Shown: one piece after another, positions 29,281-41,189 of the stretch
Position numbering within the stretch: position 1 is the stretch's first letter
How the letters are laid out: each line of letters begins with the position of its first letter
Assembly (NCBI GenBank): GCA_018672055.1
Contig: JABHGM010000001.1
Span: forward strand, 200,884-264,883
Direction of reading: 5' to 3'
Source: a bacterium
GTDB lineage: Bacteria; Patescibacteriota; Patescibacteriia; UBA1558; UBA10009
DNA: 64,000 bases
The notes under the pieces: model-generated
What the model was told of the DNA's origin: nothing
Database searches by the model: none
The model's input: the letters and a program-made list of their open reading frames with translations, nothing else
Translations under genes and position numbers: made by a program

Positions 29281-29801
29281 TTGACTTTACTCACCTATTT
29301 GCTAAAGTATATGGGTAAGAGAGACGGCTGTATAACATGCGCCGTCGCATAGTTATTTAATAATAACTACTTATAGTTAAAATAGACTAAACTCATGCGC
29401 CGTCGGTGTATCCGACTAAAAACAGAAACTTAATTAAATGTTAATTAAAAAAATATGTTTAGTTTAAAGCTTAAAAATTGGTTTTTTAGGAAAATAATTA
29501 AAAAAATCTTAAATAATCGTTCCATTTATGGATTATAGTATAAAGAAATGTAAGTTATTTACTTACATTAAACAAAAACATTATTTTAATAGAATGATTA
29601 GAGATATTAATACTAATTTTGGCAAACCAAAATCCGCATCAACTAATGTATCTGCGGAATTTGGCGAAAAGCGATTTTGAGGCATAAGCCTCGATTAGTA
29701 TTATATAAAATACATGGGTCTTGTCAAGCTTGTCTGATATAAGGGTTGCTTAATTAATAATTAGTCATTATTTAATGACTTAAACGAAAGGCAATAATTA
29801 T
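29281..29801 (+). promoter_or_regulatory. Promoter and long structured leader upstream of the ssb-like ORF
   Basis: TTGACT-16-TAAAGT, duplicated CATGCGCCGTCG, several hairpins, multibranch 29608-29703. Confidence 0.45.
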
Positions 29802-31757
29802 ATGGACGTTAATAAAGTTATCTTATTGGGTAGATTAGTAAAAGACCCAGTTAAAAAAGCATTAGCTTCAGGTCATGAAATATCTATTTTTTCTTTGGCT
29901 ACCAATTATCTTTATAAAGATGAAAAAGGTCAAAAAAAAGAATTTATTGAATTATTTAATCAGAGCTATACTACCATTGATCTTTTGGGATGGAGTGTTC
30001 AAGATAATTCATCACGAATTTTTGTAATTGAAGAAGGCTTATTTACTTCAACAGAGATATCACCTGGTAGTTATTTTACTATTACTTCAGAAATATCTGG
30101 TATTGGCTTAAATAATTCAGGAGGTGATCAAGTTATACTATATTCTCCAAGCGGTAATCAATTAGATCAGATAGCATACACGGCTTCTGCTTTGGAGAAT
30201 AAATCATATGCTAGAAAAACAAATAATGAATGGGCTTGGACAGGTGAACCAACGCCTGGTAGTTTAAATACCTTTTTAGCTAATCTAGCTCCTGAAGCTG
30301 ATTTTGAAATAAATGGTAGTAGTTTTAATTTAAATCAAATTGTTGAGTTTGATGCTACATCATCATTTGATCCAGATAATGATACCTTGTCATATTCATG
30401 GAATTTTGGAGATGGTTCATATGGTGATGAAATAAATGAAGCTCATTCATATGATACATCCGGGGTATATAATATTATATTAGAAGTAAGTGATAGCTTT
30501 GGTTTAAGTGATTTAAAAACTAAGCAGATTACTATTTTAGAAAGTGAAGTAGAGGTAATAGATTTAGATATTGAAATGCCTCAAGGCTTAAGAATTAATG
30601 AGTTCATGGTAAATCCAGAAGGCTCAGACGATATGGAATGGGTAGAAATTTTTAATAATTCATCTGAAATAATTGATTTATCTAACTTTAAATTAGATGA
30701 TATGGATGGTGGTAGTAGACCATTTGCTTTAGTGGATTTAGCTATTCAACCTTTTAGTTATTTATTAATTAATAGGTCAGATTCTTCTTTAGCTCTAAAT
30801 AATACTACTGATAGTGTTAGATTTTTAGACTTAAATGATAATCTCTTAGAAGAAGTATCATATGACAATGTTAAAGAAGCTAACGCCTTTGCTTATTCAG
30901 AAATATTAAATAATTGGTTTTGGACAGAAACACCAAGTCCAGGAGAATATAATAGATTAGAAGCTCTTGAGAGCTTAGAAATAAGCGGATATGAGGCAGA
31001 TAATAGTAATTATGTATATTCTACTATCTCTGAAGTAAAAGACTTGGAAAAGGGAGATTATGTTATTACTTCGGGTATAGTTACTGCTCCGCCAAATGTC
31101 TTAGGTAAAAAAGTATTTTATATCTCAGAGTATGATAATTTAACTCAAGAAGTTTATTTATCAAGTGGTATTGAAATATATTCTTCACGAAGCGACTTCC
31201 CTGATTTAAGAGTTGGTGACATTATTGAATTAGATGGTAAGGTATCTGTGGTATCAGATAAGAAAAGAATCAATTTACAAAAGGATAGCTTTATAAATAT
31301 ATTAGGTAATAATGAATTAAGTGAAGTTGAATTAATAGGTACTGGTGATTTAACTGATGAATTAATTGGTTCTTTAATTAAAGTATCAGGTGAATTAGTT
31401 TCTAAGAAGAGTAGTAACTATTATTTAGATGATGGTTCAGGTGAGATAAAGATATATATAAAAAAGGATACAGGTATTTTAAAACCTAAAACAGAGGTGG
31501 GACATATATTAGAAGTAGCTGGTATTTTAGATTTAACTAAAACAGGTTACAGATTACTACCTAGATTTAATGAAGATATTAATGTTGGTGAAGTTTTAGG
31601 AGAAGCTTATGAGCTAAGTGATGAAGTTATTGACATAGAAAGTACAGATGAAAAAAATAAAGTAATTAAATTACTTATATATATTTTAATAAGTTCAGTT
31701 GTTGTTATGCTTAGCTTATTTATCAAATATAAATATTTAAATAAGAGTAAGGTATAA
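29802..31757 (+). CDS. Chimeric ORF: N-terminal ~47 aa of SSB fused in frame to a lamin-tail/PKD/OB-fold surface protein with C-terminal TM
   Basis: MDVNKVILLGRLVKDP...FSLATN...GQKKE, then EFIELFN...PTPG (LTD), SWNFGDG (PKD), INEFMVNP..EWVEIFN (LTD), DDGSGEI..LLPR (OB). Confidence 0.75.
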   Translation: MDVNKVILLGRLVKDPVKKALASGHEISIFSLATNYLYKDEKGQKKEFIELFNQSYTTIDLLGWSVQDNSSRIFVIEEGLFTSTEISPGSYFTITSEISGIGLNNSGGDQVILYSPSGNQLDQIAYTASALENKSYARKTNNEWAWTGEPTPGSLNTFLANLAPEADFEINGSSFNLNQIVEFDATSSFDPDNDTLSYSWNFGDGSYGDEINEAHSYDTSGVYNIILEVSDSFGLSDLKTKQITILESEVEVIDLDIEMPQGLRINEFMVNPEGSDDMEWVEIFNNSSEIIDLSNFKLDDMDGGSRPFALVDLAIQPFSYLLINRSDSSLALNNTTDSVRFLDLNDNLLEEVSYDNVKEANAFAYSEILNNWFWTETPSPGEYNRLEALESLEISGYEADNSNYVYSTISEVKDLEKGDYVITSGIVTAPPNVLGKKVFYISEYDNLTQEVYLSSGIEIYSSRSDFPDLRVGDIIELDGKVSVVSDKKRINLQKDSFINILGNNELSEVELIGTGDLTDELIGSLIKVSGELVSKKSSNYYLDDGSGEIKIYIKKDTGILKPKTEVGHILEVAGILDLTKTGYRLLPRFNEDINVGEVLGEAYELSDEVIDIESTDEKNKVIKLLIYILISSVVVMLSLFIKYKYLNKSKV

Positions 31758-31772
31758 AATGCTTGTAAAATA

Positions 31773-31885
31773 AATCACACTCCTGAATCCAAGATGGAAG
31801 CAAGAGTGTGATTATAAAAAGGGAAATACTTTCTTCTAAGTAACACCGCTTCGGTGCTAAGTTTTTGTTAGTAAAAAGTATTAGT
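31773..31885 (-). ncRNA. Putative small RNA (hairpin plus terminator-like hairpin)
   Basis: TTGACA-17-TAATAT on minus (31917 down to 31889); stems AATACTTT/AAAGTATT, TAGCACC/GGTGTTA, AATCACACTC/GAGTGTGATT. Confidence 0.4.
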
Positions 31886-31995
31886 TATATATTAAATAAA
31901 TTTTTATCCACTGTCAATCAAGAAGTTATCCACATATTTGTTATTTAGTTATATTAGTTGACTTTTTCTTTATTATAGAGTATTAATGTATGTAT

Positions 31996-32080
31996 GCCGG
32001 GGTGGTGAAATTGGTAGACACGCGTGGTTTAGGACCACGTACCGCAAGGTGTGGGGGTTCAAGTCCTCTCCCCGGCACCA
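31996..32080 (+). tRNA. tRNA-Leu(TAG)
   Basis: Long variable arm, CGTGG-TT TAG GA-CCACG, CCA. Confidence 0.95.
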
Positions 32081-32166
32081 TATATATTATAAATAGAATT
32101 TACCATATTAACTTATGGTTTTTTGATATAAAAAAATCCTTGCTACATAAGCAAGGATTTAAGTAA

Positions 32167-32622
32167 TTAAGCATCTCCTAAATCTCCTGAAGAGAAGGTA
32201 AGTTCTTCAAATTTAACTTCAGGGTCTTTTAGATCATCAACTAATTTTTCAGTTATTGATCCATTATCATCATTTTTATTTTCAGGAAAATGAAAGCCAA
32301 AAGATATATGTTTTCCATTTAGACTCTGTAAGAGACTACAATCTTCAGCATTTTCATTTATTTTAGGAATAGCTGCGAATATCATGTAGAACATTGTACA
32401 TAATATTTCAGTCTCATTAATTGATATTTTATCTAACAGACTTGAAGTTTTGATTTGAGATTCAAGGATATTTCTATCGCGTTCATCTAAATTAAGACCT
32501 TCAATTAATATTAAGGCAACCTCTTTAGAATCAAATGGTCCAAGCTTGATTTTATTACTGATTAACCAACCTTTTTTGTTTTTTGATTCTTTAAATGTGT
32601 ATCCCAATTTTTCTCCTTTCAC
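32167..32622 (-). CDS. Orphan protein, GPFxS family copy A (probable start TTG 32607)
   Basis: LGPFDSKE...NLD...IKTSSLL; own promoter, SD and terminator. Confidence 0.6.
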   Translation of the reverse strand: MKGEKLGYTFKESKNKKGWLISNKIKLGPFDSKEVALILIEGLNLDERDRNILESQIKTSSLLDKISINETEILCTMFYMIFAAIPKINENAEDCSLLQSLNGKHISFGFHFPENKNDDNGSITEKLVDDLKDPEVKFEELTFSSGDLGDA

Positions 32623-32759
32623 TATTTTACTTTACATAACACATTATAATTACAATATCTAGAGTTTTAAGTCAAGGGTTAGAATTAATTTATTAAATAA
32701 GTGTTGTATAAAAAATCCCATCAACTTAGTGTCTGATGGGATTAATACCTTATTTGGTT

Positions 32760-33071
32760 TTAATGTGACAGAGTGTTAAATAGAAGAGGAAGCTGTCCTT
32801 TACAAATAGGAGTGCGCATATCTGAAGTTACCGAATCATCTTTTTTATCTAGACCATTATTGATAATCCAATGTATCACTTTACTTACTTTATGTGCAAG
32901 CACACTTCCGGGTATAACACCTTTTTTATCACGAAAGAAAACATATAATTGATCTTGCGATTTAAATGGACCAAATTTGGTTTCCTTAATTGTGATATAA
33001 ACGCATATACCATCAATTTCGAAATTTTCCGAATCGACTTCAACTTTCCATCCTGAAAAGTTCTTTTCCAT
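32760..33071 (-). CDS. Orphan protein, GPFxS family copy B
   Basis: KFGPFKSQD; AAGGAG SD; TTGACA promoter. Confidence 0.55.
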   Translation of the reverse strand: MEKNFSGWKVEVDSENFEIDGICVYITIKETKFGPFKSQDQLYVFFRDKKGVIPGSVLAHKVSKVIHWIINNGLDKKDDSVTSDMRTPICKGQLPLLFNTLSH

Positions 33072-33172
33072 CTCTGTACTCCTTCTTTTTTATTTACTTT
33101 AACAAGTTATTTCTAACATATATTCGTTATTTTGTCAAGATAAAAAAATCTCCGTCTTATGACGAAGATTTA

Positions 33173-33514
33173 TTAAGCATATCCAAAGGGGGCATTAATA
33201 TTTGTTTGATCAGCTTGTTCAATCCTGTGATTAAGGTTGATAAGAATTTTAAGATTATCTACTTTATGCAGAACTATTATTAATGACATATCCCAGGCAG
33301 GCCTACGTAGCAAAAGAGATGATTTACGAATGATTTTTAAGAGAGAAGTAACTGATTCGCTATCTAAGTTATGGACATATTTAATACTTTCTAATAAAAC
33401 CATACGGGAAGTTTCTTTTGAAAAGAATGGGCCAAGAATGCTTTTTTCGCTTTTAAAATAACCAACTGGAACATTACTTTGCATTCCTACGTAAAAATTC
33501 ATTATTTCCTCCAT
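33173..33514 (-). CDS. Orphan protein, GPFxS family copy C (probable start ATG 33502)
   Basis: LGPFFSKE...NLD...IRKSSLL; GGAGG SD; TTGACA promoter. Confidence 0.6.
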   Translation of the reverse strand: MEEIMNFYVGMQSNVPVGYFKSEKSILGPFFSKETSRMVLLESIKYVHNLDSESVTSLLKIIRKSSLLLRRPAWDMSLIIVLHKVDNLKILINLNHRIEQADQTNINAPFGYA

Positions 33515-33567
33515 TTTTTGTATTATTATATAGAATTTACCCTATTATTTATAGGGTGTCAATACAT

Positions 33568-33596
33568 TTGACATATATTTGGTAATAGTATATAAT
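33568..33596 (+). promoter_or_regulatory. Promoter of the 23S rRNA unit
   Basis: Perfect TTGACA-17-TATAAT. Confidence 0.85.
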
Positions 33597-33785
33597 TCAC
33601 TAGCTGAAATTGGGAAGGTGGTTTTTCCACATATAGCCCACATATAAGCTAAAATATCAATAAAATTAATGAAAGTATTTAGAAAATCTATAAAGAATAA
33701 ACTAGATAACTCAAGCGGATAATTTTTGGTGTTTTTGCTGAAAATTGCATGTCTGCTTGAAGAGCAGATTTTTTGATACTTAAAT

Positions 33786-33797
33786 GTACTTTGAAAA
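33786..33797 (+). promoter_or_regulatory. rRNA antitermination boxA
   Basis: GTACTTTGAAAA resembles Firmicutes boxA GTTCTTTGAAAA; preceded by a boxB-like hairpin. Confidence 0.65.
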
Positions 33798-33860
33798 CAT
33801 AGGTGAAAAGAGCATCTTAATAAAAATATAGAACTATAATAAATAGTTCTCTTGTAATTT

Positions 33861-37006
<3,146 letters not shown>

Positions 37007-37066
37007 AAATTATGAGAGAATTATTTTGTTCTTTTCACCCAATTGTGATATACTATTTTAAACTTT

Positions 37067-37171
37067 ATGAATGATTTAAAAGGTAGTATAAAACTTATAT
37101 CCATTTTCATTATATTTGTAATATTAATTGTTTCAATTTTGCTTTTAGCGCCTGAAACAATTAAATTGTAA
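37067..37171 (+). CDS. Possible 34-aa membrane peptide in the 23S-5S spacer
   Basis: MNDLKGSIKLISIFIIFVILIVSILLLAPETIKL; upstream TTGTTC-17-TATACT with extended -10. Confidence 0.4.
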   Translation: MNDLKGSIKLISIFIIFVILIVSILLLAPETIKL

Positions 37172-37185
37172 AAAAAGTGATAGTA

Positions 37186-37301
37186 TCTTGGTGATCCTTG
37201 CGAGTTGGCTACACCCGTTCCCATCCCGAACACGGCAGTTAAGCAACTCAGCTCCGATGGTAGTGCAGCTTATGCTGTGCAAGAGTAGGTCGTCGCCAAG
37301 G
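37186..37301 (+). rRNA. rrf: 5S rRNA
   Basis: CTTGGTG/CGCCAAG terminal stem, CCCATCCCGAACAC, GATGGTAGT, GAGTAGGTCG. Confidence 0.96.
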
Positions 37302-37421
37302 TTCTGTCACTTTTTTGATACCCCTATATTTAGTAGGGGTATTTTTTGTTTACTTGACTACATAGTATGATATGGTATGATAATATATGTAGATTAAATA
37401 ACCCTAATATTAGTAAAATAT

Positions 37422-37826
37422 ATGGATTGGCCTACATTTGATAAGGAAATTGATCAATTAATTAGTAAAATAGATATTAAACCGGATCTAATAATTGGCA
37501 TTGCTCGTGGTGGAGTTATTCCAGCTGTGGCTGTGGCTAATAGATTAGGTATAGAGCAATTTCATGCTCTTAAAGTTATAAGGAATGGCGATAAGCGAGA
37601 AATAATAACTAAAGTTACTGAGATTATTGAGGGTAAAGTAGTTCTACTAGTTGATGATATGTTAGAGAGCGGTAAAGGCTCAAAACTTGCTAAGGAATAT
37701 CTAGAAGATAAAGGAGCTAAAGTAGTCGTGGCCTGTTTCTATGTAATGCCAGAGACTAAGCAAGAAATAGTTCCTGATTACTTCTTAAAAACTGTTGATG
37801 AGATTATTAAGTTTCCTTGGGAATAA
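37422..37826 (+). CDS. Type I phosphoribosyltransferase (purine PRT-like)
   Basis: IARGG, VLLVDDMLESG, FPWE. Confidence 0.88.
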   Translation: MDWPTFDKEIDQLISKIDIKPDLIIGIARGGVIPAVAVANRLGIEQFHALKVIRNGDKREIITKVTEIIEGKVVLLVDDMLESGKGSKLAKEYLEDKGAKVVVACFYVMPETKQEIVPDYFLKTVDEIIKFPWE

Positions 37827-37865
37827 TAATTTGACATATAATTATATTTATATAAGATAGAATAT

Positions 37866-38711
37866 ATGGCTAGAAAAAGGCTAACAATTACTATAAAAGA
37901 TGAATTATTAGATTTACTTGATAATACTATTGATGGATCTAAAATAAGGAATCGCTCACATGCTTTTGAGTATTTATTAACTAAATATTTAATTCCAGAA
38001 GCAACACGTGTTTTAGTCTTAACCGGTGGTAATGGTATTAAGCTTAGACCTATAACTTACGAAATACCTAAGTGTTTAATTCCTATACATGATAAGCCAT
38101 TAGTAGAATATACATTTGAGAATTTAAAGAAATCAAATTTAACTGATATTACTCTTTCTACGGGTAGACTAGGTGATAAGATTGAAAAACAATTTGGAGA
38201 TGGCAGTTTATATAATTTAGATATAAAATATAAAAAGGTTGATAAGAAAAATCCTGGTACTTCATATCCTGTATACCAGACTAAGAATGATTTTTCTGAC
38301 AAACCTTTTGTTTTAATATATGGTGATGTTTTAGCTGATATTGATTATTTAGATCTGATCGAATATCATAAGAGCCATAGAGGCATTGCTACCATAGCCT
38401 TAGCTTCAGTAGAAAAACCTTCAGAGTGGGGTGTAGTTGATATGAAAGGTAATCGTATTGTTAGATTTACTGAGAAGCCAAATAAAAAAGTAAAATCACA
38501 TTTAATAAACGCTGGTATCTATGTTTTAGATCCTAGTGTTTTTAAATATATAAAAAAAGATCATAAAATGTTAGAGAAGGATCTTTTCCCACGACTAGCT
38601 CAAGAAGGAAAACTATATGGTTATCCTTTTGAAGGTCAATGGTTTGATGTCGGCACACCTGAAATATATGAAGAAGTACTAAAGAAATGGAAAGGTTTTA
38701 AGAATAAATAA
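37866..38711 (+). CDS. Ribbon-helix-helix domain fused to sugar-phosphate nucleotidyltransferase
   Basis: RKRLTITI...NRSHAFEYL (RHH); LTGGNGIKLRP, PKCLIP, YGD, EKP, WFDVGTP. Confidence 0.85.
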   Translation: MARKRLTITIKDELLDLLDNTIDGSKIRNRSHAFEYLLTKYLIPEATRVLVLTGGNGIKLRPITYEIPKCLIPIHDKPLVEYTFENLKKSNLTDITLSTGRLGDKIEKQFGDGSLYNLDIKYKKVDKKNPGTSYPVYQTKNDFSDKPFVLIYGDVLADIDYLDLIEYHKSHRGIATIALASVEKPSEWGVVDMKGNRIVRFTEKPNKKVKSHLINAGIYVLDPSVFKYIKKDHKMLEKDLFPRLAQEGKLYGYPFEGQWFDVGTPEIYEEVLKKWKGFKNK

Positions 38712-38761
38712 TATAAATAAGTATAGAACATTTAAAATCTAATAAAGGAGAGAGAATACAG

Positions 38762-39829
38762 ATGTTTGAAATAGCAGTTGGAAATATTATAGAAATGGAT
38801 ATAATCGGTGATCTTAAAGTGGAGGAAACTTACCCATCAAATAATAGAGTCTCTTTTTCAGCAAGGAAACAAGATGGCAGCAAGAAATTATATGTTTTTA
38901 AGGGATTCCCACTTAAACATTTGGAAGGAGATGATGGTTTAACTCATGAGGAGATTGATTTAATAAAAATGAAGATTGATGAATATCAAAAGTTATTGAA
39001 GAACGCAGGCGTTAGTGTTATTGAGGATATTGGATTTATTTCACGAACTCATGGCGATGGATCTTTATTTCAATGGCAATATGAACCTTTTGCTGGTAAG
39101 TCAATTGAATATATTATAAAGAATTATAGAAGAGAGGTGGTTTTACGAGCTATTAAAACAGTTTGGAAAACAATAATTGAACCTCTATTTAATACTTATA
39201 GTATTGAAAGTAATCCATTAGAACTCAGTGTTGGTCTTGATTTGATTCCAAGGAATATGACATATATAAAGAAGGAAGGTAACAGTTCTATTGATATTAC
39301 TTATGTTGATTTATTTCCACCTAAGATAACATTAGCTACTGGAATTGAAAGAAAGTATAAACATATCTTAGAACATCCAGAACCAACTGACAGAGTAGTG
39401 AGAGATTTAGCTATTTTTCGTGGTTTTAATATGATAGGTATAATTATAGCTTTCTGGACACATTTGTCTCGTATCAGACCTGAATTAACATTAGATTTTT
39501 ATAAGTTGTTTAAAAGACTTATTAAAGATTTTGATGTAGAACACAAAGGTTTAGGTTTGGGTTTAGAAGTTGATGAATATACTTTGAATAACGATTTATC
39601 AATTGGTGGTAAAAGTCATGATGAAATAAGTGAAATAATTGATGATTGGAAATTCAAAGATATATTTAGATTAAGAATGTTAGCTTGCGCGATATCATTT
39701 CATAGCAAGGCGGACACAGAAAAGCTAACCAAAAAAGTCTTTGAATTAAGTCATTTTCAAACAAATCGTTTGACCCATGAACAGATTCTGGAAATAAAAA
39801 AAGTCATTCTTGAAATGACAAATATCTAA
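38762..39829 (+). CDS. Hypothetical protein, possible protein-kinase-like fold
   Basis: YVFK, GLDLIPRNM, YVDLFPP resemble beta3-Lys, catalytic DxxxxN and Mg-binding D; strong SD. Confidence 0.5.
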   Translation: MFEIAVGNIIEMDIIGDLKVEETYPSNNRVSFSARKQDGSKKLYVFKGFPLKHLEGDDGLTHEEIDLIKMKIDEYQKLLKNAGVSVIEDIGFISRTHGDGSLFQWQYEPFAGKSIEYIIKNYRREVVLRAIKTVWKTIIEPLFNTYSIESNPLELSVGLDLIPRNMTYIKKEGNSSIDITYVDLFPPKITLATGIERKYKHILEHPEPTDRVVRDLAIFRGFNMIGIIIAFWTHLSRIRPELTLDFYKLFKRLIKDFDVEHKGLGLGLEVDEYTLNNDLSIGGKSHDEISEIIDDWKFKDIFRLRMLACAISFHSKADTEKLTKKVFELSHFQTNRLTHEQILEIKKVILEMTNI

Positions 39830-39863
39830 TTAGATTCTAAGGGAGTTCCAAGAACTCCCTTTT

Positions 39864-41003
39864 TTATTTACCTAATATTTTCATTTGTAGTTTTTGATAT
39901 TTTTTATTATTAAAATCTTTACTATTTAGAATCTTTGAAATATATTTCATATATTTTTTAGAAGGCCACATTAATCGTTTATCAAAGTATGAAGCATCCA
40001 TTTTTTTAGGTTTGTCAAAAAAGTTATTTAAATCAATATGATTTGTAACAAATTTATTTTTTTTACACTCAATTACTACAGCTTGACCTATCTTATCTTT
40101 AGATACTAATTTTATACCCATTTCCCCAACCTTTATACCTATTTGCTTATCTGTTTCAATCGGTGGTCCTGTTTGAAGAGAGTTCATTGGAACTATTGTT
40201 TTTGTATTATAACCAAGTTTTTTCTCAATTTGATTTTGTAGTGATAAGCCAATAAATTCTTTACGCTTTGTGTTGAAGCCATCTGTTTGTTTATCAGACA
40301 ATCCTTTTAAGCCCTTTATATTTGCTTCTTTTGACATAGCTATAACACAGTATCCATTCTTTTTATATTTCTTCTTAATTAAATTTAATAATTTTTTTAA
40401 ATCAAACTGCCATTCAGGTGGAATAATTATGTCAGCGCCACCTACAGCACTTGAACATGTTAGCCAGCCAGACTTTGCACCCATTACTTCTATAATAAAA
40501 ACTCTGCCATAAGCATAGGCAGCGTCTTCTCTTACTTCATCTATTAATTTTGCTGTATAATGTGCAGCCGAGGGAAAGCCTGGAGAAAAATATGTATGAG
40601 GCAAATCGTTATCAATTGTCTTTGGTAAACCTATGACTGGAATATCTTCTTCATGATATAACTTTGCGGCTGTACTTAGCGTATCATCCCCACCAATTGC
40701 AATAATACAATCTATTTTATTATTAGAAATACTTTTTTTAACTTTTTTAATACCATCCTTTATTTTAAATGGATTTGTTCTTGATGTTTTTAATATTGTA
40801 CCACCTCTATTTTTTAATTGATCAATATCTATCTTTGTTAGATCAATTATTTTATTATTTTCTAATAAAGAATTCCAACCACCAATACCACCAAGTATTT
40901 TGTAGTTGCACTTCTTTGCCATTTTTATAACCCCATATAGAGTAGGGTTAAGCGCAGAAGTTAAGCCTCCGCTGGTTAATACTAATATTGTTTTTTTATA
41001 CAT
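39864..41003 (-). CDS. pfkA: 6-phosphofructokinase (PPi-dependent signature)
   Basis: TSGG, GGTILKTSR, GGDDT, PKTIDND, EVMG. Confidence 0.88.
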   Translation of the reverse strand: MYKKTILVLTSGGLTSALNPTLYGVIKMAKKCNYKILGGIGGWNSLLENNKIIDLTKIDIDQLKNRGGTILKTSRTNPFKIKDGIKKVKKSISNNKIDCIIAIGGDDTLSTAAKLYHEEDIPVIGLPKTIDNDLPHTYFSPGFPSAAHYTAKLIDEVREDAAYAYGRVFIIEVMGAKSGWLTCSSAVGGADIIIPPEWQFDLKKLLNLIKKKYKKNGYCVIAMSKEANIKGLKGLSDKQTDGFNTKRKEFIGLSLQNQIEKKLGYNTKTIVPMNSLQTGPPIETDKQIGIKVGEMGIKLVSKDKIGQAVVIECKKNKFVTNHIDLNNFFDKPKKMDASYFDKRLMWPSKKYMKYISKILNSKDFNNKKYQKLQMKILGK

Positions 41004-41189
41004 AATTGCTATAAATTGTAATATTAATTTAACTTTAAGTCAAATCTAATGAAAAATTAATGACGTTTATATATCTCCTATTTAGCTAATATTAGTATAA
41101 TAATAAAGTTATGCACATATTTTGTAGATAATATATTGACATTATTCACCATTTAGATATAATAGATTTGTTATATATAATACATTTTT

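Noticed and set aside
32081-33560. Prophage or integrative element at tRNA-Leu(TAG) or tRNA-Val(GAC)
   Set aside because: No duplicated tRNA 3' end (att site), integrase or phage genes seen
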